Shown piece by piece: positions 53,002 to 63,389 of a stretch of DNA of 64,000 nucleotides. Position numbers and translations under genes: made by a program. The DNA comes from Candidatus Eiseniibacteriota bacterium (GTDB lineage Bacteria > Orphanbacterota > Orphanbacteria > Orphanbacterales > Orphanbacteraceae), in NCBI GenBank assembly GCA_024276995.1, contig JAJRWB010000014.1, forward strand, positions 71,712 to 135,711, given 5' to 3'. Below the pieces are notes generated by a model. It saw nothing but the letters and a program-made list of their open reading frames with translations, did no database searches and was not told the DNA's origin. Each line of letters starts with the position of its first letter. Position 1 is the first letter of the stretch.

Positions 53002-55260
53002 GTGACTCAATTGGCGAAGAAGCGGATATACCAGATCGCGAAGGAATTCAACGTTTCGAGCGAAGCTCTCCTCAAGATTCTTCGTGACATGAAGATCGAG
53101 GTGAAGAGCCATATGAGTTCGCTCGGCGACGACAGGATCGAGGAGGTCCGGCGCCGGTTCGACGACGAGAAGAAACAGGTGGAGCGGGAGGTCGGTCGCA
53201 AGGAGGAACTCCACAGGGCCGCCGAAAAGGCGAGGAAGAGTCCGCCCGCGGGCGGGGAGAAGCACGCCGACGACAGGAAGGGAAAGGCGCCCGGCGGCGG
53301 CGCTGGTGGGGGCGGGGTGAAAAAGCCCGTCAACCGCCTGGAAAAGCCGTCGCGGGGAAGGCGCAAGGGACGGCGCGGCCACGTGGTGGACGAAAAGACG
53401 GTGCGCGAGAGCGTGAAGAAGACACTCGCCCATCTCGATATCGGCAAACGCCGGCGGAGACGCCGGAAGAGCGTTCCGGCCGACACCCCCGGTGTGGAGG
53501 AGGGGGCGCCGAAGATCCGGATCACCGAACTGGCCACCGTGTCGGAACTCGCGGCGGCGCTCGACATCAACCCGAGCGAGCTGATCGCGAAATGCGTCTC
53601 CTTCGGCCTGATGGTCACCATGAACCGGCGTCTCGACCGGGACACCATCGAAAGCCTCGCCGACGAGTACGGACACGAGGTGGAATTCATTTCAGAATAC
53701 GGGGAGAGCGCCCCCGCCGAAGAAGGGGAGAGGGAAGGGTCCGAGGGGACGGTGCCACGCCATCCGGTGGTCACCATCATGGGCCACGTCGACCACGGGA
53801 AGACGTCGCTCCTCGATCACATTCGAAAATCGAACATCATCGCCGGCGAGCAGGGCGGTATCACGCAACACATCGGTGCGTACGAGGTCGAGACGAGCGC
53901 CGGAAAGATCACGTTCCTCGACACTCCCGGACACGCCGCGTTCAGCGCCATGAGGGCGCGGGGCGCACAGGTGACCGACGTGGTGGTTCTCGTGGTCGCC
54001 GCCGATGACCAGGTAATGCCCCAGACCCGGGAAGCGATCGATCACGCCCGGGCGGCGGGCGTCCCGATCATCGTGGCGATCAACAAGATGGACAAGCCGG
54101 ACGCGGACGCGATGCGGATCAAGCAGCAGCTCGCCGAGCTTGGAGTGCAGGTGGAGGAGTGGGGAGGGAAGACGGTGGCGGTCGAGGTCTCCGCGAAGAC
54201 GGGCGATGGGATCGACCGCCTCCTCGAGATGATTCTTCTCGAGGCGGAGATGCTCGAGCTGCGCGCCGATCCGGGCCGACGGGCCAGGGGTACGGTGGTC
54301 GAGTCGCGTCTTGAGAAGGGGCGCGGCGTGGTGATCACCGTTCTCGTGCAGCAGGGAACGCTCCGTGTGGGAGACCCCTTCGTCGCCGGCGCCCACGCGG
54401 GGAAGGTGCGCGCTCTTTTCGACGAGCGCTCCCGTACGAGAAAAGAGGCGGGCCCGTCGTCGGCCGTCGAGCTTCTCGGCTGCTCGGCGGTTCCCCAGGC
54501 GGGCGATTCGTTCACCGTCTTCGCGGCCGAGCGGGACGCGAAGGAAGTCGCGTCCCGCCGCGCGCAGCAGGCCCGGGAGCAGTCGCTCCGCTACCAGAAG
54601 CGGATGAGCCTCGACGAGCTGTACGCTCAGATCAAGAGTGGAGGCGTGCAGAAGCTCCTCGTGGTGATCAAGGGGGATGTCGACGGCTCGGTGGAAGCGG
54701 TGAGTGACGCGCTCAAGAATCTCTCCACCGACGAGGTGAAGGTGGAGGTGATCGGCAAGGGCGTGGGAAGTATCAGCGAATCGGACGTCCTTCTCGCCGC
54801 CGCGTCGAACGCGGTGATCATCGGGTTCCACACACGGGCCGACACGGGCGCGGCCGTTCTCGCGGAGAGGGAAGGAGTGGACATCCGCTTCTACCAGATC
54901 ATCTACGAAGCGGTGGACGATGTGCGCGCCGCCATGGAAGGACTCCTGGCGCCCGACCTCGAGCAGAAGATTACCGGCACGGTCGAGGTGAGACAGATCT
55001 TCACCATTGGACGCACCACGGTGGTGGCCGGATCGTACGTGCTCACCGGCTCGGTGTCGCGCAACTCGCGTATCCGGGTCATTCGCGACGAACACGTGAT
55101 CTACGAGGGGAAAATCGGCACCCTCCGTCGCTTCAAGGACGATGTCCGCGAAGTGAAGGAGGGATTCGAGTGCGGCATCATCCTGGAAGGCTTCAACGAC
55201 ATCAAGGTGGGCGATATTCTGGAGGCTTTCAGGATCGAGGAGGTCGCGCGGAAACTCTAG
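53002..55260 (+). CDS. infB: translation initiation factor IF-2
   Basis: GTG start. A low-complexity N-terminal region. G domain ([21 protein letters not shown]). C-terminal beta-barrel domains. Confidence 0.9.
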   Translation: MTQLAKKRIYQIAKEFNVSSEALLKILRDMKIEVKSHMSSLGDDRIEEVRRRFDDEKKQVEREVGRKEELHRAAEKARKSPPAGGEKHADDRKGKAPGGGAGGGGVKKPVNRLEKPSRGRRKGRRGHVVDEKTVRESVKKTLAHLDIGKRRRRRRKSVPADTPGVEEGAPKIRITELATVSELAAALDINPSELIAKCVSFGLMVTMNRRLDRDTIESLADEYGHEVEFISEYGESAPAEEGEREGSEGTVPRHPVVTIMGHVDHGKTSLLDHIRKSNIIAGEQGGITQHIGAYEVETSAGKITFLDTPGHAAFSAMRARGAQVTDVVVLVVAADDQVMPQTREAIDHARAAGVPIIVAINKMDKPDADAMRIKQQLAELGVQVEEWGGKTVAVEVSAKTGDGIDRLLEMILLEAEMLELRADPGRRARGTVVESRLEKGRGVVITVLVQQGTLRVGDPFVAGAHAGKVRALFDERSRTRKEAGPSSAVELLGCSAVPQAGDSFTVFAAERDAKEVASRRAQQAREQSLRYQKRMSLDELYAQIKSGGVQKLLVVIKGDVDGSVEAVSDALKNLSTDEVKVEVIGKGVGSISESDVLLAAASNAVIIGFHTRADTGAAVLAEREGVDIRFYQIIYEAVDDVRAAMEGLLAPDLEQKITGTVEVRQIFTIGRTTVVAGSYVLTGSVSRNSRIRVIRDEHVIYEGKIGTLRRFKDDVREVKEGFECGIILEGFNDIKVGDILEAFRIEEVARKL

Positions 55261-55302
55261 ACGCCGGAAACGCGACCCGCCGGTCGCCCGGGAGAAGGCC
55301 GC

Positions 55303-55584
55303 ATGATCGTCGGAACATGCCGGCTGGAGCTGTTCCTTCCCGACTCCGGATCTCTCAAATCGAAGCGGGGTGTGCTCAAGGGTCTCAAGGAGCGGATCCG
55401 CAACCGGTTCAACGTGTCGGTGGCCGAAGTCGATCACCACGATCTGTGGCAGCGCTCCACCCTCGCCGTGGCGGTGGTCTCCACCGGGAAGAGGCATGCC
55501 GATTCGGTACTGACTTCCGTCGTGCGGTTCGTCGAGAAGGAAGGGCGCGCGGAGCTGATCGGATGCGAAACGGAGCTGTACTGA
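55303..55584 (+). CDS. DUF503-family protein (YlxP-like)
   Basis: 93 aa with MIVGTCRLELFLPDSGSLKSKRGVLKGLKERIRNRFNVSVAEV.., the typical DUF503 gene between infB and rbfA. Confidence 0.75.
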   Translation: MIVGTCRLELFLPDSGSLKSKRGVLKGLKERIRNRFNVSVAEVDHHDLWQRSTLAVAVVSTGKRHADSVLTSVVRFVEKEGRAELIGCETELY

Positions 55585-55611
55585 CGGCGGCTCGAGAAGA
55601 TGTGAACGGAT

Positions 55612-55968
55612 ATGACGGGAAGAAGAACCGAGAAGGTCGCTTCCCTCCTTCAGAGGGAGGTGGCGGTTTTCATCGAAAGAAAGGTGAAGAACCCCGGAGT
55701 GGGATTCGTCACCGTCACCGGTGTCCGCCTCGCGGATGACCTGAAGCACGCGAAGATCCTCGTGGTCTGTCGCGGTGACGACGAGCAGAAAGAGCGTTCC
55801 CTCGGCATCCTGAACCGGTGCGTGCCCCACATCCGGCGCGCGCTCAAAAAGGTTCTCACCATCCGGCAGGTGCCGGAGCTGGTGTTCCTTTCCGACCCTT
55901 CCTTCGATCTTGCCGACCGTGTTCACGGGCTGCTCGGCGATATTCGTGATGAGGATCGCCCGGAATGA
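55612..55968 (+). CDS. rbfA: ribosome-binding factor A
   Basis: 118 aa with ..RTEKVASLLQREVAVFIE.. and ..VTVTGVRLADDLKHAKILV... Confidence 0.85.
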   Translation: MTGRRTEKVASLLQREVAVFIERKVKNPGVGFVTVTGVRLADDLKHAKILVVCRGDDEQKERSLGILNRCVPHIRRALKKVLTIRQVPELVFLSDPSFDLADRVHGLLGDIRDEDRPE

Positions 55969-56873
55969 TTCACGGAGTGATGATTCTGAACAAGCCGCGT
56001 GGATGGACGTCCCACGACGCAGTGGCGAAAATCCGGGGGCTCTTCCACCAGCAGGCGGTCGGCCATGCCGGAACGCTCGACCCGAACGCCACCGGCGTGC
56101 TCCTCCTGTGCCTCGGCAAGGCGACCAAGCTCTCCCGGTATTTCATGCAGCTCGAGAAGGAGTACCACGGCTTTTTTCTCTTCGGAGTGTCGACCGACTC
56201 CCAGGACGCCGACGGGAACGTGATCGCCGAGCGCGATGCTTCCGGTGTGACCGAGGAGAGAATCCGGAAGGCTCTCGGTGCCTACCGGGGGGATATTCTG
56301 CAGGTTCCGCCCATGGTTTCCGCCGTGAAGGTGAACGGGAAGCGGCTTTACCGTCTCGCTCGGAAGGGAGAGACGGTAAAGCGCGAACCGAGAAAGATCC
56401 ATGTAAAGACATTCGAACTCCTTCATTTCGACCCTCCCATGGCGGAAGTGCGGATCGTCTGTTCGAAGGGGACTTACGTGAGAACCCTTGCCGCCGATCT
56501 CGGCGAGGAACTCGGCTGTGGTGCCCATCTCCACAAGCTCTGCCGCGCGGCGATCGGCGACTACACGGTGGACGACGCCGTGTCGATGGACGAGCTGATC
56601 GATGCGGCCGAGGAAGGGACGGCGGACCGTTTCGTCGTTCCCCTTTCCTCCGCGGTCGACTCTCTCAAGGAAGGAGTCTTGCGGAGCGGTGTCGACGGGC
56701 GCTGGTCGGTCCCGGCGCTCCCCCGCTCGCTCGCGCTCCTCGAGGAGATCGACCCTCTTCCCCGGGACGGCGAATTCCTGAGAATCATCGACCCGTCGGG
56801 CAAACCGGTCGGCGTCGTCGAAGTGAGTGGAAGCGAGGGCCGTCTCCGGAAGGTTTTCACCGTGGGTCGCTGA
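55965..56873 (+). CDS. truB: tRNA pseudouridine(55) synthase
   Basis: ..ILNKPRGWTSHDAV..GHAGTLDPNATGVLLLCLGKATKL.., with the catalytic Asp in GTLDP. Confidence 0.9.
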   Translation: MIHGVMILNKPRGWTSHDAVAKIRGLFHQQAVGHAGTLDPNATGVLLLCLGKATKLSRYFMQLEKEYHGFFLFGVSTDSQDADGNVIAERDASGVTEERIRKALGAYRGDILQVPPMVSAVKVNGKRLYRLARKGETVKREPRKIHVKTFELLHFDPPMAEVRIVCSKGTYVRTLAADLGEELGCGAHLHKLCRAAIGDYTVDDAVSMDELIDAAEEGTADRFVVPLSSAVDSLKEGVLRSGVDGRWSVPALPRSLALLEEIDPLPRDGEFLRIIDPSGKPVGVVEVSGSEGRLRKVFTVGR

Positions 56874-57835
56874 TGCGTATTGTCCGATCCATCGACGAGG
56901 CTCCCTGCCCCCCGAGAGAAGGGCGGCACCTGTCGATCGGAATCTTCGACGGCGTTCACCTCGGTCATAGGGCGATCATCGGGACGCTCCTTCGCGGTGC
57001 GGCCCGCGAAGGAGCCGAGGCGGCGGTACTCACCTTCGATCCCCACCCGCGATCGTATCTCGGGGCGCGGGCCGTGCGTATTCTCACGCCGCTGGCGGAG
57101 AAATGCGCAATCCTCGGATCGCTCGGAGTCGACCTCATGATCATCCAGCCGTTCGACGCCGCGTTCGCCGCGAGGAAGGGGGAGGAGTTCGTGGAGGACG
57201 TGATCGTAAAGAGGCTCGGCATCGAGAGGCTCGTGGTGGGTTACGACTTTCGTCTCGGAAAAGGACGGGAGGGGGGAAGAAGGCTTCTCACCGACCTCGG
57301 CGGGCGGCACCGGTTCGAAACGGAATTCATCGAGCCGTACGAGTGGAACGGCAGGGCGGTGAAATCGACGTGGGTCCGGGACGAGATCGAGAGAGGAAAC
57401 GTCGCGACGGCCGCGGAGCTTCTCGATCGCTGCTACTCCCTTCCCGGGACGGTTCGTCCCGGCGCCGGAAGGGGAAGGTCGCTCGGCGCGGCGACGGCGA
57501 ACGTGGAGGTCGACGGGAGCGGCCGGCTATGGCCGGCGTTCGGTGTGTACGCCGTGTTCGTCGAACGAAAGGAGGGTGTCTTCCCCGGAGTGGCCAATGT
57601 CGGGGTGAGGCCGACATTCGAGAACGATGCCTCTCCGTCGATCGAGGCGCACCTGTTCGATGTCGACGAATCCCTCGAGGGGGAGACGGTGCGCGTCCAT
57701 TTCGTCGAGCGGATCCGCGACGAAAAGCGTTTCGAGAGCGCCGCGCGCCTCGCCCGGCGGATCAAGCTCGACGTCGCCCGGGGGATGGAAATCCTCTCGG
57801 GAAAGGAGCGTAAAAACCTCTTTACATCCGGCTAA
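56873..57835 (+). CDS. ribF: bifunctional riboflavin kinase / FMN adenylyltransferase
   Basis: ORF 55910..57835. The conserved protein starts at ATG 56873, overlapping the truB stop (TGATG). Motifs ..SIGIFDGVHLGHRAII.. and a riboflavin kinase C-domain (..EAHLFD..). Confidence 0.85.
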   Translation: MRIVRSIDEAPCPPREGRHLSIGIFDGVHLGHRAIIGTLLRGAAREGAEAAVLTFDPHPRSYLGARAVRILTPLAEKCAILGSLGVDLMIIQPFDAAFAARKGEEFVEDVIVKRLGIERLVVGYDFRLGKGREGGRRLLTDLGGRHRFETEFIEPYEWNGRAVKSTWVRDEIERGNVATAAELLDRCYSLPGTVRPGAGRGRSLGAATANVEVDGSGRLWPAFGVYAVFVERKEGVFPGVANVGVRPTFENDASPSIEAHLFDVDESLEGETVRVHFVERIRDEKRFESAARLARRIKLDVARGMEILSGKERKNLFTSG

Positions 57836-57951
57836 GGCTCTGCTACCGTTCGCGGGGGATGGAAGAAATTTTGTAAGGCAGTTGAATGGTAACTGCATGG
57901 AAAGAAAGCTGTTAGACGTCCGCGTTCCGCGGATGCAGGGAGGAAAGTCCG

Positions 57952-58221
57952 TTGCCGCTCTCGAGGGAGTCGAAGAAACAGATCATCGGGCAGTACCAGG
58001 TACATGATAAGGACTCGGGTTCGCCCGAAGTGCAGATCGCCCTTCTCACGGAGCGGATCTCCTATCTGACCGAACATTTCAAGGTGCACAAGAAGGACCA
58101 TCACTCGCGTCGCGGTTTGCTGCGCCTCGTCGGGCGTCGGCGCCGGCTGCTCGATTATCTGAAGTCCAATCAAATCGATCGCTATCGGGTGATCGTCAAA
58201 GAACTCGGTCTCCGGAAGTAG
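57952..58221 (+). CDS. rpsO: 30S ribosomal protein S15
   Basis: TTG start after SD GGGAGGAAAG. ..[35 protein letters not shown].. is canonical S15. Confidence 0.9.
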   Translation: MPLSRESKKQIIGQYQVHDKDSGSPEVQIALLTERISYLTEHFKVHKKDHHSRRGLLRLVGRRRRLLDYLKSNQIDRYRVIVKELGLRK

Positions 58222-58262
58222 GGGATCGATCCCAAGAGCCGCCATTGCCTCGATGGTTTCGA

Positions 58263-58279
58263 ACGGGACGGTGTCCCGT
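58263..58279 (+). other. hairpin ACGGGAC-GGT-GTCCCGT in the rpsO-pnp intergenic region (candidate RNase III/processing or attenuator structure)
   Basis: A 7-bp perfect stem with a 3-nt loop and no T-tract. It is preceded by the 12-nt palindrome GGGATCGATCCC at 58222-58233. Confidence 0.4.
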
Positions 58280-58353
58280 GCGGGGCCGGATCGACCGGTA
58301 GGGCGGCCGTTGCGCATGCGCAAAAGGTAGTAAGGAAGCAGGAGAAAAAAAGA

Positions 58354-60540
58354 ATGTCAGAAACAGTCCGAGTCGAGGTGGGATCCACCGCACTGGAGTT
58401 CGAAACGGGACGGGTTGCCCGGCAGGCGAACGGCGCGGTGACTGTGCGCCTCGGAGACACCGTCGCCCTCGTTACCGCGGTGGCCACGCATAGTCCGGTG
58501 GAAGACCGGGGCTTCTTCCCCCTCATGGTGGAGTACCGGGAGCGGTTCTACGCCGCCGGCAAGGTGCCGGGCGGGTTTTTCAAAAGAGAATCGAGGCCTT
58601 CCGACAAGGAAACCCTCGCGGCAAGGGGGATCGACCGGCCGATTCGACCTCTTTTCCCGAAAGGTTTCATGCACGAAGTTCAAATCATCGCCACCGTCCT
58701 TTCGAGCGACCAGGAGAACTCCGCCGATGTTCCCGCGCTGAACGGCGCCTCCGCGGCGCTCGCGATCTCGTCGATTCCTGTGGAAAAGACGATCGGCGCC
58801 GTGCGCATCGGGCGGATCGACGGCGAGTTCATCCTCTTTCCCACCCTCGAGCAGCGCGTCGATAGCGAGATCGATCTCGTGGTGGCGGCGGCGCGCGACG
58901 CCATCGTCATGGTGGAGGGGCGTGCGAAAGGGGTGTCGGAAGCGCTCATGGTGGACGCCCTGGAGACCGCCCAGAAAGCGTGCATCCGGATCATCGACGC
59001 CATCGAGGATCTCCGCTCCCGCGCGGGGAAGGAGAAATGGCCCGTCGAGCAGGATGAGGCGGAAAGCGCGATCCGCGAAAAGCTGATCGGCCTTTGCGGC
59101 GATCGGATCCGCGAGGCGAACCGGATCCGGTCGAAGAGCGGCCGGCGCGAGTTTATATCATCGCTCACCGATGAAGCGGTGGCGGCCCTCGAAGGCGATT
59201 ACCCCGGCTACGGGCGGAAGATTTCGAGCATTCTCGACGAGATGATCGGAAGCGACGCGCGGGCGATCATTCTCGACGAGGGGACCCGTCTCGACGGGCG
59301 GGCGACCGACGAGATCCGGCCGATCACATGCGAAGTAAACGTTCTTCCGAGAACCCACGGGTCGGCGATCTTCACGAGGGGCCAGACGCAGGCGCTCGGG
59401 ACGATCACCCTCGGGACGTCGTCCGACGAGCAGCGGGTGGACGACGTGGAAGGGGAGTACAGGAAGGCGTTCATGCTCCACTACAACTTCCCTCCGTTCT
59501 GCGTGGACGAGGTGAAGTTCCTCCGCGGTCCCGCCCGGCGGGAGATCGGCCACGGAACGCTCGCCGAAAGAGCGATCGAGCCGATCATCCCGACGGCGGA
59601 CGATTTCCCCTATACCATCCGCATCGTGTCGGACATCCTGGAATCGAACGGTTCTTCGTCCATGGCGACGGTGTGTGCCGGGACGCTCGCCCTGATGGAC
59701 GCGGGCGTGCCGATCGCCAAGCCGGTGGCGGGCATCGCCATGGGTCTCGTCTCCGACGGCGAACGTGTCCAGATCCTCTCCGACATCCTCGGCGCGGAGG
59801 ACCATTTCGGCGACATGGACTTCAAGGTCGCCGGGACGGAGGACGGCATCAACGCCTTCCAGATGGACTGCAAGACGACCGGTATCAGTTTCGACGTGAT
59901 CCGAAGGGCGCTCGAGCAGGCGAAGGCGGGGAGACTCCACATCCTTTCGATCATGAAGGAAACCCTCGCCGGGCCGAGGGAGGAGATGTCGCCGTACGCG
60001 CCGCGGATCACCGCGATCCAGATCGACGTCGACAAGATCCGCGAGGTGATCGGCCCCGGTGGAAAGATGATCCGGAAGATCACCGAGGACTCGGGTGCGT
60101 CGATCGACATCGAGGACGACGGCACGATCAAGATCGCCTCGGTGTCGGAGGATTCGGCGCGCATCGCCCTCGAGATGATCAAGGCGATCACCGCGGAAGC
60201 GGAAGTCGACCAGGTATACAACGGTACGGTGCGGCGCATCGTTCCTTTCGGTGCCTTCGTCGAGATCCTCCCAGGGAAGGACGGGCTCCTCCACATTTCG
60301 GAGCTCGAATACCGTCGTGTCGAGCGTGTCGAGGACGTGCTCGCCGAGGGAGACAAGATCGAGGTGAAGGTGATCGGCATCGACAGGGAAGGAAAGATCC
60401 GTCTCAGCCGAAAGGCCCTCCTCGAGGCGCCTCCCGGGTACGAGGAGCGGGAGCGGGATCGGGAACGGGGCGGCCGCGACAGGGATCGCGGCGACCGGGG
60501 GCGTGACCGCGGCGGGCGCGACCGCGGAAGAAGGCGCTGA
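58354..60540 (+). CDS. pnp: polyribonucleotide nucleotidyltransferase (PNPase) with an RD/RG-rich C-terminal tail
   Basis: Two RNase PH domains, a KH domain (..VIGPGGKMIRKI..) and an S1 domain, then a 30-aa tail ERERDRERGGRDRDRGDRGRDRGGRDRGRRR. Confidence 0.9.
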   Translation: MSETVRVEVGSTALEFETGRVARQANGAVTVRLGDTVALVTAVATHSPVEDRGFFPLMVEYRERFYAAGKVPGGFFKRESRPSDKETLAARGIDRPIRPLFPKGFMHEVQIIATVLSSDQENSADVPALNGASAALAISSIPVEKTIGAVRIGRIDGEFILFPTLEQRVDSEIDLVVAAARDAIVMVEGRAKGVSEALMVDALETAQKACIRIIDAIEDLRSRAGKEKWPVEQDEAESAIREKLIGLCGDRIREANRIRSKSGRREFISSLTDEAVAALEGDYPGYGRKISSILDEMIGSDARAIILDEGTRLDGRATDEIRPITCEVNVLPRTHGSAIFTRGQTQALGTITLGTSSDEQRVDDVEGEYRKAFMLHYNFPPFCVDEVKFLRGPARREIGHGTLAERAIEPIIPTADDFPYTIRIVSDILESNGSSSMATVCAGTLALMDAGVPIAKPVAGIAMGLVSDGERVQILSDILGAEDHFGDMDFKVAGTEDGINAFQMDCKTTGISFDVIRRALEQAKAGRLHILSIMKETLAGPREEMSPYAPRITAIQIDVDKIREVIGPGGKMIRKITEDSGASIDIEDDGTIKIASVSEDSARIALEMIKAITAEAEVDQVYNGTVRRIVPFGAFVEILPGKDGLLHISELEYRRVERVEDVLAEGDKIEVKVIGIDREGKIRLSRKALLEAPPGYEERERDRERGGRDRDRGDRGRDRGGRDRGRRR

Positions 60541-60726
60541 GAGCGCCGGCGGAAAAACGCCTTTCGAAAGGTTTTCCGGCCCGAAGGGCGGATTCGGACA
60601 CGGCCCTCTCGAAGGAGAGGGTCGTTTCGCATTGTGCGCCCGCCTCCGCTCCACTACGATGAGCGGGTGAACCGCTCGGCCCGTCCCGGGTATGGGAAAC
60701 GGCGAGCCTGGGGGAGAGCGTCGGTG

Positions 60727-61479
60727 ATGACTGTCCTGTGCTACCACCAGGTCGACGACAGGATCGACTTCTCGTGGAACCGGGTTTCTCCCGGCGCCCT
60801 TGAAAGACAGATGGAGATTCTCGAGGAACTTCTCCTCGCAGGGGTCCCCTTCTCCGAAGCGGTCGGCGACGGTGACGGCAGAAAGGTGGGAATCACCTTC
60901 GACGATGCTCTCGCGGGAGCCGCCGAGAAGGGACTCGATGTTCTCTCCCGATTCGGTTTCCGGGCGACCCTTTTCGTGCCCACCGGTTGGGTGGGGGAGA
61001 TGAACCGGTGGGAGACCGGTCTCGTCGGGCGGCGCGCCCGACACGCATCGTGGGACGCCCTTGGGCGGGCGGCGGCCGCCGGCTGGGAGATCGCGTCGCA
61101 CGGCGTGTTCCACCGCGATCTCACCCGGCTTGAGGACGACGAGTGCCTCCGTGAACTCGAATCGTCCCGAGAGGCGATCGAGAAGACGCTCGGCGTGGCC
61201 GCCCGCTCGGTCGCCTGGCCTTTCGGCAGGGTGAACGATGGTGTCATCGCCGCGGCGCGACGCGCCGGCTTCCGGCGCGGCTGTCTTTCCTCGGCCGGGA
61301 AGGCGGGCGACCCGTTCCGCGTGGGAAGGGTCGGCGTCCGGCGGATCGACACGGCGGCCGACTTTCGGGCGAAGGTCGGCGGAGGGGCGCTCTACCCGCT
61401 TCAACTGTGGAAGGATCGCGCCGCGTCCTTCTGCTCCCGCGGAACGGCACGATTCGGCCCGAAGAAAGGATCGGCATGA
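60727..61479 (+). CDS. polysaccharide deacetylase (NodB-homology, CE4 family)
   Basis: ORF 60634..61479. The likely start gives MTVLCYHQV.. Motifs ..ITFDDA.. and ..ASHGVFHRDLT.. are typical CE4 signatures. Confidence 0.65.
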   Translation: MTVLCYHQVDDRIDFSWNRVSPGALERQMEILEELLLAGVPFSEAVGDGDGRKVGITFDDALAGAAEKGLDVLSRFGFRATLFVPTGWVGEMNRWETGLVGRRARHASWDALGRAAAAGWEIASHGVFHRDLTRLEDDECLRELESSREAIEKTLGVAARSVAWPFGRVNDGVIAAARRAGFRRGCLSSAGKAGDPFRVGRVGVRRIDTAADFRAKVGGGALYPLQLWKDRAASFCSRGTARFGPKKGSA

Positions 61480-62384
61480 TGCGTATCTTCGACTATTTCT
61501 TTCTTACCCGGCCGATCGTGCTGATCCCGTCGTGGGCGTTCCTGATCGTCGGTTACCTGCGGGGCATCGAGAAGACCGGTTCGGGGGGCGGCGGCCTTTC
61601 GATGGCCTGGCTTCTCCTCACGCTCGTCCTGTCGGGCGTATACATTGTGAACCAGATTTTCGATCGGGAGACCGACCGGGAGAACGGGAAGCTCTATCTT
61701 CTCGCCGAGGGCCATGTGACGGTAAGGAGCGCCGCCGTCGAAGCGGCGATCCTTATCGCCGCCGGGCTCGTCATTTCTCTCATCGCCCGGCGCGATCATT
61801 TTCTTTGGCTCGCGGCGAGCGCGATCCTCGGTCTCCTCTACTCCGCCGACCCGGTGCGCCTCAAGGGACGCCCGATTCTCGATCTGGCGGCGAACGCCGT
61901 CGGTTACGGCGCCGTTGCCTTTCTGTACGGCTTTTCCCTTTCCGCCCGGGTCGACGGCGAAGCCCTTCTCATGACCGTGCCGTACATGCTTCTCGTCGGG
62001 GCGATCTTCCTCCACACGGCGGTGGTCGACAGCGAAGGGGATGCCGCCGCCGGGCTGCGCACGAGCGCCACCCTCCTCGGCGCGAAGGGCGCGTCGATCG
62101 TCGCCTGGATCCTTCTGGCCGGGGCGTTCTTCGCCGGACTTCTCCTGCGCGAGCCGTATCCCCCCGTGGCGGCGCTGGGGGGTCTCTTTTTCTTCAGCTG
62201 GGGACTCCTCTCGCCGGGGAAGAAAGGGAGTTCACTGAGCTACCAGTGGGGCAGCCTGATCTTCGTTCTTCTCGTGGTGATCCGCTTTCCCCGTTTCGGC
62301 GCTCTCCTGGTGATCGTCTTCGCCGTCACGAGGCTCTACTACCATTTCCGGTTCGGTAAGGTATACCCGCGGCTCGATTTCTAA
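61476..62384 (+). CDS. UbiA-family prenyltransferase (integral membrane)
   Basis: ORF 61407..62384. ATG at 61476 (ATGA overlap with the deacetylase). About 8 TM helices. The Asp-rich motif NQIFDRETDREN. Confidence 0.65.
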   Translation: MMRIFDYFFLTRPIVLIPSWAFLIVGYLRGIEKTGSGGGGLSMAWLLLTLVLSGVYIVNQIFDRETDRENGKLYLLAEGHVTVRSAAVEAAILIAAGLVISLIARRDHFLWLAASAILGLLYSADPVRLKGRPILDLAANAVGYGAVAFLYGFSLSARVDGEALLMTVPYMLLVGAIFLHTAVVDSEGDAAAGLRTSATLLGAKGASIVAWILLAGAFFAGLLLREPYPPVAALGGLFFFSWGLLSPGKKGSSLSYQWGSLIFVLLVVIRFPRFGALLVIVFAVTRLYYHFRFGKVYPRLDF

Positions 62385-63389
62385 GGTCGGCGAACGATCG
62401 GGAACGAGGCGGCGCGCCGCGAAGCGGCCGGGGAGATCCCACTCGAGAGAGGGCGCCGTCTCGGCTCCGGTCATCAGCGACGCCAACGGCTTGTAACTCT
62501 CGGAGAAGAGAATGTATCGTTTCCCGTTTTCGAGAGGCCTGTACCGGATCGCGTGATTGTACAGCTCCGAAAGGCGGTCGAGCGAGAGAAGCTCCTCGGA
62601 GACGAGTTGGTTGAGCGAGGAGGGATAGCGGTCGTTCACCACGCGGTACATCTCGAGAACGATCCTCACGTTCCGGATCTCCCTTTCCGAGTTATACGTC
62701 GCCACGCGATCACCGAGGAGCGGCGAGGCGGTCACCCGTGGACTCGGGGTGAAGAGGAGGGAAAGGAGGAATGCCGCCGCCGGCATGAGGGCGAGGATGA
62801 TCAGGTGAAGCGCCACGCTCCGGCCGGAGAAGGAGATCGGCTGGTTCAGCGTGACCTTTCCGAGGTTCGCCGGGATGCCGGGAAAGACCCGCTTCGGTTC
62901 GAGCCGTGCCGACTCATCCATCCTGCGGACCGCCTCGAGAAGAACCGATTCCACCTTCACGCCGCAACCGGGACCGTACGGGATGACCTCGCTCTCGGGA
63001 GCGAAATCGAAGCGACCCTTTCGCCAGGTAAGCAGTTCGCTCACGACTTCGTGGACGAGATCACGCACGAGGCGCGCCGTTTCGACGGGGGTGATCATCC
63101 CCTCGCGCAGGAGAATCTCGACGAACGGATACTCGGCCCGCGCCTCGAGTCGGATCGCTTTATGGGCCATATGTTCAGGAAGGATACGTCGTTCCATGAT
63201 GAACGCCTTCAGGGGATCGGCCGACGTGACACCCCTGTCCCAGGTCGAGATGATCACCCCTTTCTCGAAGACGAGGGCGATTCTCTCCTTTTCGCCGAAT
63301 AGGCGCAGCACGCCGGTCTTCTCCTGCACGGCGAGAAGCTGGAGCACTTCGGCCACGGGAAAGTCGACGAGATTTCCCCGCAGGCTCAT
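62232..63389 (-). CDS. DUF4388-domain protein with a C-terminal membrane and periplasmic-like region
   Basis: Minus-strand ORF 62232..63977. The conserved protein starts at ATG 63389 after SD GGAGGAACC. N-terminus MSLRGNLVDFPVAEVLQLLAVQEKTGVLRL is the DUF4388 signature. The long N-extension in the ORF track is unlikely. Confidence 0.6.
   Translation of the reverse strand: MSLRGNLVDFPVAEVLQLLAVQEKTGVLRLFGEKERIALVFEKGVIISTWDRGVTSADPLKAFIMERRILPEHMAHKAIRLEARAEYPFVEILLREGMITPVETARLVRDLVHEVVSELLTWRKGRFDFAPESEVIPYGPGCGVKVESVLLEAVRRMDESARLEPKRVFPGIPANLGKVTLNQPISFSGRSVALHLIILALMPAAAFLLSLLFTPSPRVTASPLLGDRVATYNSEREIRNVRIVLEMYRVVNDRYPSSLNQLVSEELLSLDRLSELYNHAIRYRPLENGKRYILFSESYKPLASLMTGAETAPSLEWDLPGRFAARRLVPDRSPTLEIEPRVYLTEPEMVVEPRDGEDDHQESAETGKADHHEKNEDQAAPLVAQ

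Noticed and set aside
53692-55926. 744-aa minus-strand ORF antisense to infB. Similar long antisense ORFs at 59158..61404, 14832..16802, 26902..28536, 43344..45167, 38028..39236, 3470..4648 and 9682..10971.
   Set aside because: All lie opposite well-supported conserved genes. Their translations are Arg/Pro/Gly-rich low-complexity sequences typical of stop-codon-poor GC-rich DNA. They have no SD and no domain signatures.
57836-57951. Candidate promoter or sRNA in the somewhat AT-richer region upstream of rpsO.
   Set aside because: TTGTAA and TTGAAT hexamers are present, but there is no properly spaced -10. This is most simply the rpsO leader or terminator region of ribF.
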